Assembly (NCBI GenBank): GCA_033723415.1
Contig: JAWVXD010000009.1
Span: forward strand, 28,805 to 92,804
Origin: Sulfurospirillaceae bacterium
GTDB taxonomy: Bacteria; Campylobacterota; Campylobacteria; Campylobacterales; Sulfurospirillaceae
Direction: 5' to 3'
DNA: 64,000 nt
In this document: one piece after another, positions 30,965 to 38,952 of the stretch
How positions within the stretch are numbered: the stretch's first letter is position 1
Layout of the letters: each line of letters opens with the position of its first letter
Notes under the pieces: model-generated
Seen by the model: only the letters and a program-made list of their open reading frames with translations
Database searches by the model: none
What the model was told of the DNA's origin: nothing
Position numbers and translations under genes: made by a program

Positions 30965-30970
30965 GTCTTT

Positions 30971-31534
30971 TTATTTTTCTGTCAAAAATGCCATAATTTT
31001 CTCAAAGTGTCGCTCGATCCCTTCAAAACTATGATTGCCGCCTTCTTCTAAAATCGTTTGAGCATGAGGCAGTGCGTCACAAGCTTCTGCATAGTCCAAA
31101 ACTTCATCGCCTTTTTGAAGTAAGAGTAAGATAGCCTTTTCTTCCGGCTCTTCAATCTCGTAATTAACCAGCATATCAAGGTGTGATTCATTCCACTCGT
31201 AGCTTGAGTCATCATAATAATTCACCCCATGCCCAAGCGCTTGATGCAGTGTTTCAGGAGCATTAACTGCAGGATTGATAAGCACGGCTTTGAGGTTGTA
31301 TTTATCACTTAAATAGAGTGCATAATACCCACCCAAAGAAGAGCCGATCAGATAAACAGGTTCATGTTCTAGATAGGACTCGATCAGTTCACTCAGCGTT
31401 TTAATAGCCAAATCAGGAATATTAGGCAAAGATGGAGCGATAAAACGGATCTGTTTTTGAGCACAATAAGAACGTAAAGCCTTCGCCTTATTTGCCTCTC
31501 CACTTGAACCAAATCCGTGAATATAGATAATCAT
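30971..31534 (-). CDS. YqiA/YcfP-family alpha/beta hydrolase (esterase)
   Basis: YIHGFGSS, GSSLGG, INPA, GDEVLD, GGNHSF; ATG at 31534. Confidence 0.9.
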   Translation of the reverse strand: MIIYIHGFGSSGEANKAKALRSYCAQKQIRFIAPSLPNIPDLAIKTLSELIESYLEHEPVYLIGSSLGGYYALYLSDKYNLKAVLINPAVNAPETLHQALGHGVNYYDDSSYEWNESHLDMLVNYEIEEPEEKAILLLLQKGDEVLDYAEACDALPHAQTILEEGGNHSFEGIERHFEKIMAFLTEK

Positions 31535-31640
31535 CACACATCCTTTATATGTAAATATAAAATTGTAGTGTAACATATATTCATAAAAAACGTTATCTTT
31601 AGAATCCATATAGTAATGCCAAAAAAGCTGCAATTTGATG

Positions 31641-31718
31641 GAGTTCTGGTGAATATATCTAACTTTATATTCTTCATAGATAACGATTTTTTAGTTAGGT
31701 ATCCTATTCCACGAATTC
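31641..31718. repeat. Palindromic island element, full copy
   Basis: GAGTTCTGGTGAATATATCTAAC...ATAACGATTTTTTAGTTAGGTATCCTATTCCACGAATTC. Confidence 0.85.
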
Positions 31719-31799
31719 ACTGCAGTATCTCAGATAAAAACAAGTCATTTTATATATAATGTTTGTTAAACAAATAGTGAGACAAGGAGGTACCAGGAT

Positions 31800-32528
31800 A
31801 TGAACTCTGAACGCATCGCGCTTGTAACCGGAGCAAATAAAGGAATCGGGCTGCAAGTTGCACGAGAACTTGCCCTGTTGGGTTATACTGTCTTGATTGG
31901 GGCTCGCTCAAAGACCCTCGGGATGGAAGTTGCAGCAAAATTCACCGAAGAGGGTTTTCGTGCTGTCTTTATCCCGATCGATGTCACCGATCCCTCCACG
32001 ATCAGCGTAGCGGCGAGGGATATAAACGAACGCTTTGGGAGACTTGATGTTCTCATCAACAATGCAGGTATTTGCCTAGATGCGGGATTGCTACCGAGTC
32101 AGGTCAGTTTGGAAATACTTCGCAAAACCTTTGATACCAACGTTTTTGGCGCTTTTTCAGTTTTACAAACGATGCTTCCATTGCTGCGCAAATCTGTAGC
32201 AGCAAGAGTGGTCAATATGTCATCCGGATTGGGTTCATTGACTTTAAACAGTGATCCAAACTATGAGTTTGCACAGTTTAAATTGCTCGCATACAATGCG
32301 TCCAAAACCGCGCTAAATGCGATGACAGTTCAATTTGCTCATGAATTGAAAGGCTCCTCCATAAAGATCAACTCAGCCGATCCTGGTTTTACGGCAACGG
32401 ATCTCAATGGTCACCGAGGTATCGGCACTACGGAGCAGGCAGCATCGATCGTGTTGAGACTTGCTACTCTTCCGGAATCCGGACCAAACGGTGGATTTTT
32501 TGATCAAAATGGACAAGTTCCTTGGTGA
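31800..32528 (+). CDS. Short-chain dehydrogenase/reductase (carbonyl reductase-like)
   Basis: TGANKGIG, NNAG, YNASK, PGFTATDLN; AAGGAGG RBS; visibly GC-richer than core genes. Confidence 0.92.
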   Translation: MNSERIALVTGANKGIGLQVARELALLGYTVLIGARSKTLGMEVAAKFTEEGFRAVFIPIDVTDPSTISVAARDINERFGRLDVLINNAGICLDAGLLPSQVSLEILRKTFDTNVFGAFSVLQTMLPLLRKSVAARVVNMSSGLGSLTLNSDPNYEFAQFKLLAYNASKTALNAMTVQFAHELKGSSIKINSADPGFTATDLNGHRGIGTTEQAASIVLRLATLPESGPNGGFFDQNGQVPW

Positions 32529-32548
32529 AACGCTCTAACCATCATAGG

Positions 32549-32595
32549 CAATTCTAGTGACAGTATCCCTAATTCCATATTCTTTACATGTAAAG
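32549..32595. repeat. Left half of a palindromic island element, interrupted
   Basis: AATTCTAGTGACAGTATCCCTAATTCCATATTCTT matches the left arms of other copies. Confidence 0.7.
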
Positions 32596-32598
32596 CGT

Positions 32599-32923
32599 TT
32601 CTCTCTGTACTTTTTTCTCCGCAAAAAAGTACCAAAACAAGCGAAGCGTTCTCGAAGAGATGTTTCCTTGAAAAAGCTCTTGCAACGGCTTCGAGCTTGA
32701 CTTTGTCAAGTTCCCAAGAAATAGTAAATCCATTCCTAAAAATGCAAAACTCACTTCGTTCAAACAGTTGCATTTTCTTAACGTCATTACTTTACTATTT
32801 CTCGGCTCTGCAGATGTTGCAACTGATGCACAATTCTGGATAGCGTTTTATGATTGGATATGGTTTATGGGGACAGGCTACTTTTTATATTCTTCTCTTA
32901 TTTTCTATGTTTACATATAAAGA
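32599..32923. repeat. Long structured repeat, copy A (MITE/REPIN-like or ncRNA)
   Basis: Near-identical to 34681-34968 apart from a ~37-bp insertion; nested inverted repeats. Confidence 0.9.
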
Positions 32924-32968
32924 AATTGGAAGGATAAAAATAGAAACTATTTAAAGTAGCCTGTCCCC
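32869..32968. repeat. 100-bp element with perfect 16-bp terminal inverted repeats
   Basis: GGGGACAGGCTACTTT (32869-32884) and AAAGTAGCCTGTCCCC (32953-32968). Confidence 0.9.
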
Positions 32969-32990
32969 TTTATGTCGTTTTTTTATGTAT

Positions 32991-33025
32991 AAAGATTTTT
33001 TAATTAGCTATCTGTCACCGGAATT
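32991..33025. repeat. Right half of a palindromic island element, overlapping the aminotransferase stop
   Basis: AAAGATTTTTTAATTAGCTATCTGTCACCGGAATT. Confidence 0.8.
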
Positions 33026-34150
33026 TTTTATTTCATTTAAAGCTGCGATAAACCTGTCAATATCGTTATGATTATTGTAATAATGCAAAGATACACGAAC
33101 TCCTTCTCCTCGCTTTGCGACAATAATATTTTTAGCTTTTAGACTTCCTACAATATTGCTAGCATTTGGGACTGCAAATGATGTGATGCCAGACCTATTC
33201 TCTTGTTCAAGTGGAGAAAGAATCTGTATATTGTGATTTTGTAGCTGCCTACGAAGATAATTTGATAGGTGATGGATCCTTTCAGAAATGTTATCGATTC
33301 CTATTTTATTGAGAGTATCTATTGCTCCACCAAGCGCAAGAATATTAGGAAACTGTGGGTGACCCAACTCTAAAGCCTTTGCATTATTTGCTATAACTAG
33401 CCGATTATTAAGTAACTTAGATGGATCACTAGCACTCTGCCAACCAACTGCAGGAAACTTTGATGAATCATGGAACTTTTTGTTGATAAAAAAACCTGCA
33501 ATACCACAACCAGCATTGAGCCACTTGTAACCGGTGAACACCAAAAAATCAATATTGGCAGAACATACATCAATATTGAATGCTCCAGCAGATTGACTTG
33601 CATCAACAACCAAATGTATGCCTAAACTCTTACAAAGCGCTCCTAGCTCTTCAAGGTTTTGACGAAATCCAGTTGTAAATTGAACGTGACTTATGACAAT
33701 GATTTTTATAGATGGCGTGATAGCTGAATTAAATTGATCTACGGTAGTTTTTCCATCCGATTCAACATCTATAAATTTCACATTATAGCCATGCTGAAGC
33801 CAGGGAAGAGAACATGATGGAAACTCATCAGAACGCATTAGTACATCACCAACATTATCCAGAATTTCTGCTATATAGTTCATTCCAAGAGAAGAGTTGG
33901 GTAGAAAGGCTATTTCATTTGAGTTGCCACCAACAAACTTTGCGATGTCCTCTCTGGTTTTTACAATTTTATCTGACCATTTATCCCAAAGTGTATTTCC
34001 ATATTGCAAAGACTCCTCATAATAAGATTTACCCCCGTTAGATGCGCTCCTTGATACAGGGCCTTGTCCAGCTGTATTTAAATAAACAAACTGCTCGCAG
34101 GCTGGAATGTCTTTCCGGAGTGTTTCCCAATCTATTGAATGCTTTTCCAT
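33008..34150 (-). CDS. Class V PLP-dependent aminotransferase-fold enzyme
   Basis: YLNTAGQGP, SHVQFTTG, VDASQSAG, TGYKWL (PLP Lys), RVSLHYYN. Confidence 0.9.
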   Translation of the reverse strand: MEKHSIDWETLRKDIPACEQFVYLNTAGQGPVSRSASNGGKSYYEESLQYGNTLWDKWSDKIVKTREDIAKFVGGNSNEIAFLPNSSLGMNYIAEILDNVGDVLMRSDEFPSCSLPWLQHGYNVKFIDVESDGKTTVDQFNSAITPSIKIIVISHVQFTTGFRQNLEELGALCKSLGIHLVVDASQSAGAFNIDVCSANIDFLVFTGYKWLNAGCGIAGFFINKKFHDSSKFPAVGWQSASDPSKLLNNRLVIANNAKALELGHPQFPNILALGGAIDTLNKIGIDNISERIHHLSNYLRRQLQNHNIQILSPLEQENRSGITSFAVPNASNIVGSLKAKNIIVAKRGEGVRVSLHYYNNHNDIDRFIAALNEIKNSGDR

Positions 34151-34171
34151 AAAAATTGTCTCTCCTTTTAA

Positions 34172-34555
34172 TCAGCTGTTTATGACAGCCGCAATTGCTT
34201 CAATCTCGATCTGAAAGCCAAAATGCAGCTCACGAGTAGGAACAACAGCTCTTGCAGGACGATGGTCACCAAAAAAGCGGGCATACGTTGCGTTGACACG
34301 ATCCCATAACGTAATATCAGAGATATATATGGTCACTTTGAGTACATGATTTTTGTCACTATGTGACTGTTTTAAAATGACTTCCAAATTATTTAATGCT
34401 TGCTCTGTTTGCTCTTCAATGTTACCGACGTGCTTATCACTGCTCTTAGGATTTATGGGAAGTTGGCCAGAAACATAGATTAATCCTCGATGCTCAATAG
34501 CTTGAGAATAGTGCCCAGCGGGTTGAGGAGCATCATTCGATAATATTTTTTTCAT
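34172..34555 (-). CDS. RidA/YjgF-family enamine-imine deaminase
   Basis: PAGHYSQA, VSGQLP, RPARAVV (catalytic Arg), IEIEAIA. Confidence 0.93.
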   Translation of the reverse strand: MKKILSNDAPQPAGHYSQAIEHRGLIYVSGQLPINPKSSDKHVGNIEEQTEQALNNLEVILKQSHSDKNHVLKVTIYISDITLWDRVNATYARFFGDHRPARAVVPTRELHFGFQIEIEAIAAVINS

Positions 34556-34581
34556 GTAAAACTCCTATATTGATTATGAGA

Positions 34582-34680
34582 GAGGTTCGGTGACATTATA
34601 CCTAACTCTATATTTCTCAATCTACATGTAGAGGTTATATTCTTCACATATAAAAGATTTTTTAGTTAGGTATCCTGTCC
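34582..34680. repeat. Palindromic island element, full copy
   Basis: Left arm GGTGACATTATACCTAACT; right arm AGTTAGGTATCCTGTCC; internal AAAGATTTTTTAG. Confidence 0.85.
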
Positions 34681-34995
34681 TTCTCTCCATACTTTTTTCT
34701 CCGCAAAAAAGTACCAAAAAGCTCTTGCAACGGCTTCGAGCCTAACTTCGTTAGGTTCCCAATAAATAGTAAATCCATTCCTAAAAATGCAAAACTCACT
34801 TCGTTCAAACAGTTGCATTTTCTTAACGTCATTTCTTTATTATTTCTCGGCTCTGCAGATGTTGCAACTGATGGACAAGTCTGGATAGCGTTTTATTATT
34901 GGATATGGTTAATGAGGACATGCTACTCTTTATATCTTTCTCTTGTTCTCTATCCTTATATGTAAAGATTTTTTAATTAGGTAAACTGTCTCCCT
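34681..34995. repeat. Long structured repeat, copy B, ending in an element right arm
   Basis: Matches 32599-32923, then AAAGATTTTTTAATTAGGTAAACTGTCTCCC running up to the stop codon at 34996. Confidence 0.9.
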
Positions 34996-35187
34996 TTATT
35001 CTTCTTTCACATAAACTGCTAGGTAAGTGATTGTTGGTTTTCCTAATCCTAAACAGCCGGGCTGTTGAATTTGAAATACTGAATGAAATTTGTATCCATC
35101 TGAAGCATAAGAAGTAAAGCGTTTCTCTAGACCAGAGATAGCTTTATTTGAAAACTCAGCACCGATTGATTCTATTTTATATTGCAT
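34996..35187 (-). CDS. Small hypothetical protein (DUF4177-like)
   Basis: AAGGAG RBS; YK...YASDGYKFHSV...GCLG pattern; overlaps the upstream yidD-like gene. Confidence 0.65.
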   Translation of the reverse strand: MQYKIESIGAEFSNKAISGLEKRFTSYASDGYKFHSVFQIQQPGCLGLGKPTITYLAVYVKEE

Positions 35188-35546
35188 GATTTCTCCTTTT
35201 TACATGAAAGATCTACTCCTCCTCTGCCTGGGCGACATCGGAAGAGCCTTTTTATTGTAAGTATTACACCTATGAGTAAACCGTTTTCTCTAATTGCCAA
35301 TTCACTGTAATGTGAGCAACTTGGTTCATAAACACACCTATTACCGATATGTGTTGGTCGATATTTACGATAAAATCGTAATGAGTGTACTGCAATTTTT
35401 ATATGAAATGGAATTCCTGATATAGGCAGTGACTGTATTTCCGTATCTGTTTTTGTCGTTCCAGTTAATTTCCGTTCCAATGAAGGCCGCAAATATTCTT
35501 CTACATTTAAATCTAAACTAGCACCTTTTATTTCTAATCTATCCAT
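35172..35546 (-). CDS. YidD-like (membrane protein insertion efficiency factor) domain protein with N-terminal extension
   Basis: FYR...RCVYEPSCSHYSELAI...RLFRCRPGRGGVD; ATG 35546 lies downstream of the attC-like site. Confidence 0.78.
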   Translation of the reverse strand: MDRLEIKGASLDLNVEEYLRPSLERKLTGTTKTDTEIQSLPISGIPFHIKIAVHSLRFYRKYRPTHIGNRCVYEPSCSHYSELAIRENGLLIGVILTIKRLFRCRPGRGGVDLSCKKEKSCNIK

Positions 35547-35560
35547 TCTTATGTTCTCGT

Positions 35561-35632
35561 ACATAATGTTTAAAATTAGCAATCAAAAAGTCACTTGTGG
35601 GTTTTTGATTGGTCTCTTTTGGTTTGTTATAC
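35561..35632 (-). mobile_element. Integron attC-like recombination site, degenerate
   Basis: Minus strand: GTATAAC begins 1 nt after the stop, central 10-bp IR CAATCAAAAA/TTTTTGATTG, end ATTATGT (G of GTT replaced); 72 bp. Confidence 0.6.
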
Positions 35633-35633
35633 A

Positions 35634-36182
35634 TCATGCTTCTTCGAATTTTGCAATTACACGCTTAGCCAATTTGGCGTACTCTATAGCAGTCTTTGTA
35701 GAAATCTCATGATCAGAAATATGAACAGCTTCATTTCTGAGGTTTTTTAGTTTGTATAACATATCAAAAAGACCTTTACCAATATAGTTATAATCCAAGT
35801 CGTGCATATATATTGACTGGATCAGTTGCATAGGGCTCTTTATATGTTCATTTATTCCTTTTCTTTTACAATAAGAATTAAGAGTTTCTTCAACCTCTAG
35901 CCAAGCATCTAATATTGCTCCTCTAGGACTGTCCATAGCTAATCTATAAATACGTTCTTGCTTATCTTTATTCTCCAAACGTGGTAAGTTATTTTTATCT
36001 GCTTGCTTGGCAGCATCCTCAATCCCTTGTTGTAATTCGATTTCAGAATCTTTGTGCTTTATTCGTTTAATCCTTGATAATAATTGACCTAAGTCTTTTT
36101 TTAGCAACCATACTATAATTATGATGGAGAAAGGCCATGCTATTGAGGCAACGATAGTTTCAATAAATTTCATAATTTCCAT
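35634..36182 (-). CDS. Hypothetical protein with N-terminal TM (cassette-like ORF)
   Basis: GGAG RBS; IAWP TM; SPRGAILDAWLEVE and LRNEAVH (RxxxxH, HEPN-like) motifs. Confidence 0.75.
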   Translation of the reverse strand: MEIMKFIETIVASIAWPFSIIIIVWLLKKDLGQLLSRIKRIKHKDSEIELQQGIEDAAKQADKNNLPRLENKDKQERIYRLAMDSPRGAILDAWLEVEETLNSYCKRKGINEHIKSPMQLIQSIYMHDLDYNYIGKGLFDMLYKLKNLRNEAVHISDHEISTKTAIEYAKLAKRVIAKFEEA

Positions 36183-36274
36183 ATAACTCCGATTCTCAGA
36201 AACATAACTATTTATTAAGCCTCCATTATAGTCATATCATACTTAGCTAGAAATAAACATAAAGTAAAAATATT

Positions 36275-37306
36275 TTAACTCTGGATTATCTTCTCCAACG
36301 CCTCCACTTTCCCTTTCATATCCTCAGCCATCGTGAGTTCCGTAACCAAAGCGAAGCTTTTGGCGCCTCGGTTTACTATTTCGTTTAGGTTGTGTTCTTT
36401 GATACCGCCGATGGCGACAAATGGGATGGGGATATTCCCAGCGACAAATTCTAGGTACTGGACTCCGACGGTTGCGTAGTCTTTGGTTTGGGTGTCGTAT
36501 ATCGGGCCGACTCCGATGTAGTCTGCTCCCAGTTCCACGGCTTCTAGGGCTTGTTCTTTGGAGTGGGTTGAGAGACCGATGATCTTGTCGTCGCCTACTA
36601 ATTTTCGCACTTCGCCCAGAGGCCAGTCGTCTTGTCCGATGTGCACGCCGTCTGCATCGACCATCATGGCAAGTTCTACATGATCATTGACGATGAAAAC
36701 GACTCCGGCTCTTCGTGTCATCTCTCGCAAGATCAGGGCTTCATCATACATCTCTCTTAGGGTTTTGTCTTTTTCTCGATACTGGACGACTTTGATACCG
36801 CAGTCTATCATGTCGCGTACGACTTCTACATTGGTTCTGCCGTTTGAGAATTTTGAAAAGGTGATACCGTAGATTCCCTCCGGCAAGGAGTTCTTTTTGC
36901 TACGCTCCATCAGTTCTTTTTCAAGATAGTAAAGTTCATATCTTAGTGCTTCGTAGCTTTTGCCGACTTCGTACATATCGTCTGTTGTTTTTAGTATCTC
37001 TTCGATCACGCGTATCGCTTCTAGTGCTCGTTTGAAGTTTGCGAAAATACTCTGTGAGATCGACGCTTTTTTGTCTATCTTACTCTCTTTTGAGACGGAT
37101 TTGCCGATGTCATGATCTGAGTCTCTGTGTTTGAGAAGATGGGTGTCGATACTTGCTAGGTTCTTTCTGATCTTGTGTCTGACGTCACGTAGTTTTTTTG
37201 TTAGGTTTTCATCTTCAAAATGAAACCTGCAGATGTCTTCAACCACGCGGATACCCTCTGCCGCTCGATTTACGTTGGCATCTAAAATCCTGTATATCTT
37301 TACCAT
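36275..37306 (-). CDS. thiE: Thiamine-phosphate synthase with N-terminal ThiD2-like domain
   Basis: RILDANVNRAAEGIRVVED N-domain; QYREK, VNDH, DGVHIGQDD, GLSTH, AIGGI. Confidence 0.92.
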   Translation of the reverse strand: MVKIYRILDANVNRAAEGIRVVEDICRFHFEDENLTKKLRDVRHKIRKNLASIDTHLLKHRDSDHDIGKSVSKESKIDKKASISQSIFANFKRALEAIRVIEEILKTTDDMYEVGKSYEALRYELYYLEKELMERSKKNSLPEGIYGITFSKFSNGRTNVEVVRDMIDCGIKVVQYREKDKTLREMYDEALILREMTRRAGVVFIVNDHVELAMMVDADGVHIGQDDWPLGEVRKLVGDDKIIGLSTHSKEQALEAVELGADYIGVGPIYDTQTKDYATVGVQYLEFVAGNIPIPFVAIGGIKEHNLNEIVNRGAKSFALVTELTMAEDMKGKVEALEKIIQS

Positions 37307-37830
37307 TGTGTCTTCTCCAAAACGATATTTGCCATCATGGCTGCGACGATACTCACTTTTGTGGAGTAGGTTTTAAAATCTTTGATATCTTTTTTAAAAT
37401 CACCTATTATATAGCAGTTGTCTTTTATCTTTTTTACTTTTATCTCTTCTAGATCATGATCAGCGATACCCGAAGCGCTTACGATCAAGCTTTTGGTTTC
37501 TATAAAATACTCTATCAGCAAGGCTTTGTACTGTGCTTTGTCAAAACCTTCTACTATGATATCGCAATCGTCAAATATATCATTGATATTGTGCTCTTCA
37601 ATCTTGGTGTTGAGTGTGATGATCTGAGCTTCCGGATTGATCCTTTGTAGATTTTCTTTGAGAGCCTCGACTTTGTATCTGCCGATCTGATCTTGAAAGT
37701 AAAATTGACGATTTAGGTTGGACTGCTCGATTCTGTCAAAATCTACGATCTTTAGCTTTTTCACACCGCTTCTGATGAGGTTTACCGCTACATTTGAGCC
37801 TATGCCTCCGGCTCCTGCTATACCTATCAA
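37300..37830 (-). CDS. thiF: ThiS adenylyltransferase (short ThiF)
   Basis: GAGGIGS, DFDRIEQSNLNRQ; thi operon context. Confidence 0.9.
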   Translation of the reverse strand: MIGIAGAGGIGSNVAVNLIRSGVKKLKIVDFDRIEQSNLNRQFYFQDQIGRYKVEALKENLQRINPEAQIITLNTKIEEHNINDIFDDCDIIVEGFDKAQYKALLIEYFIETKSLIVSASGIADHDLEEIKVKKIKDNCYIIGDFKKDIKDFKTYSTKVSIVAAMMANIVLEKTQW

Positions 37831-38930
37831 GATATGTTCTCCCAGTTTTTATATACGGGCTCATATCCCATAGCCGTGATCTTATCAATCACATCTTTGG
37901 AGTCTCTGACGTCGCTGATCTCAAATTGCGGTTCCGTTCTGGCTTTTGTATATCCTCCGACTTCGGTTCTAGAACCGGCTGAGAATTTTGTAGCACAGAT
38001 TTTTAGAAGGTTGTTCCTAAATTCAGCTTTTTCCCTAGTAGAGATGTTGATCTCAACTCGCGGCAAAAAGAGTCGGTATGCACACATGATCTGGACAAAA
38101 GTCGCATCATCCAAAAGTGTGTAAGGTTGAAATCCACCTTCAGCTTCATTGATGCGAGGTAGAGAGAGTCCGAGTTCACACTCCAAGTATTTGTCGCTTA
38201 AGTATTTGGCGTGAAGACCGCTGATAAACGCTTCTTTTTGGATATTTCCAAGACCGAAAAGTGCTCCGATATTTACATTTCTAAATCCGGCTTTTGCGCC
38301 TCGCTCAGGTGCATCGAGTCTATAGTCATAGTTTGTTTTCTCACCGCTTATATGCACTTGTCCATAGATCTCTCTATCATAGACTTCTTGGTAGATCGTG
38401 AGTCCGTTAACTCCTGCATCAAAGAGTTGTTTGTATTCTTCTTCACTCATAGGAGCGATCTCGATAGCAACTAAGGAGAAGTACTTTTTCAATATTTTAG
38501 TAACATCAATGAGATATTCAAGTGGAGTAATTTTTTTGGATTCTCCTGTCAAGAAAAGTATATGTTTTATCCCGGTTTTTGCTATCTCTTGCGCTTCTGC
38601 TTCAACTTCTTCAAGAGTGAGTTTACTTCTTTGGATTCTATTTTGTTTACTAAATCCACAGTATAGACAATTGCTACTACAATAATTTGACACATACATA
38701 GGGAGGTATAGATTGATCGTGTAGCCAAAGTTTTGTACGGTGACGTCATGTGCCCTTTGTGCGATCTTTTCTAGAAACTTTTTCGCTTGCGGTGCAAGGA
38801 TATTTAAAAAATCATATTTATCCAACGTCGTTTTATAAATAGACTCTAGTATCATCTCGTCTGTAACATTTTCAAAATACGAATCTAAATCAAACTCTTC
38901 ATACTCTTTCAACTTTTCTAAAAAACTCAA
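37827..38930 (-). CDS. thiH: 2-iminoacetate synthase (radical SAM)
   Basis: YVSNYCSSNCLYCGF, YQEVY, ISTRE, QFEISD. Confidence 0.95.
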   Translation of the reverse strand: MSFLEKLKEYEEFDLDSYFENVTDEMILESIYKTTLDKYDFLNILAPQAKKFLEKIAQRAHDVTVQNFGYTINLYLPMYVSNYCSSNCLYCGFSKQNRIQRSKLTLEEVEAEAQEIAKTGIKHILFLTGESKKITPLEYLIDVTKILKKYFSLVAIEIAPMSEEEYKQLFDAGVNGLTIYQEVYDREIYGQVHISGEKTNYDYRLDAPERGAKAGFRNVNIGALFGLGNIQKEAFISGLHAKYLSDKYLECELGLSLPRINEAEGGFQPYTLLDDATFVQIMCAYRLFLPRVEINISTREKAEFRNNLLKICATKFSAGSRTEVGGYTKARTEPQFEISDVRDSKDVIDKITAMGYEPVYKNWENIS

Positions 38931-38952
38931 TCAAATCTCCTTATTAGTTTAG

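Noticed and set aside
32504..32787. ORFs 32504-32773 and 32584-32787
   Set aside because: They are translations of the structured repeat, and the second copy differs by a ~37-bp indel.
30145..34995. Island palindromes as CRISPR repeats or classical attC sites
   Set aside because: They are degenerate, separated by whole genes and lack RYYYAAC/GTTRRRY ends.
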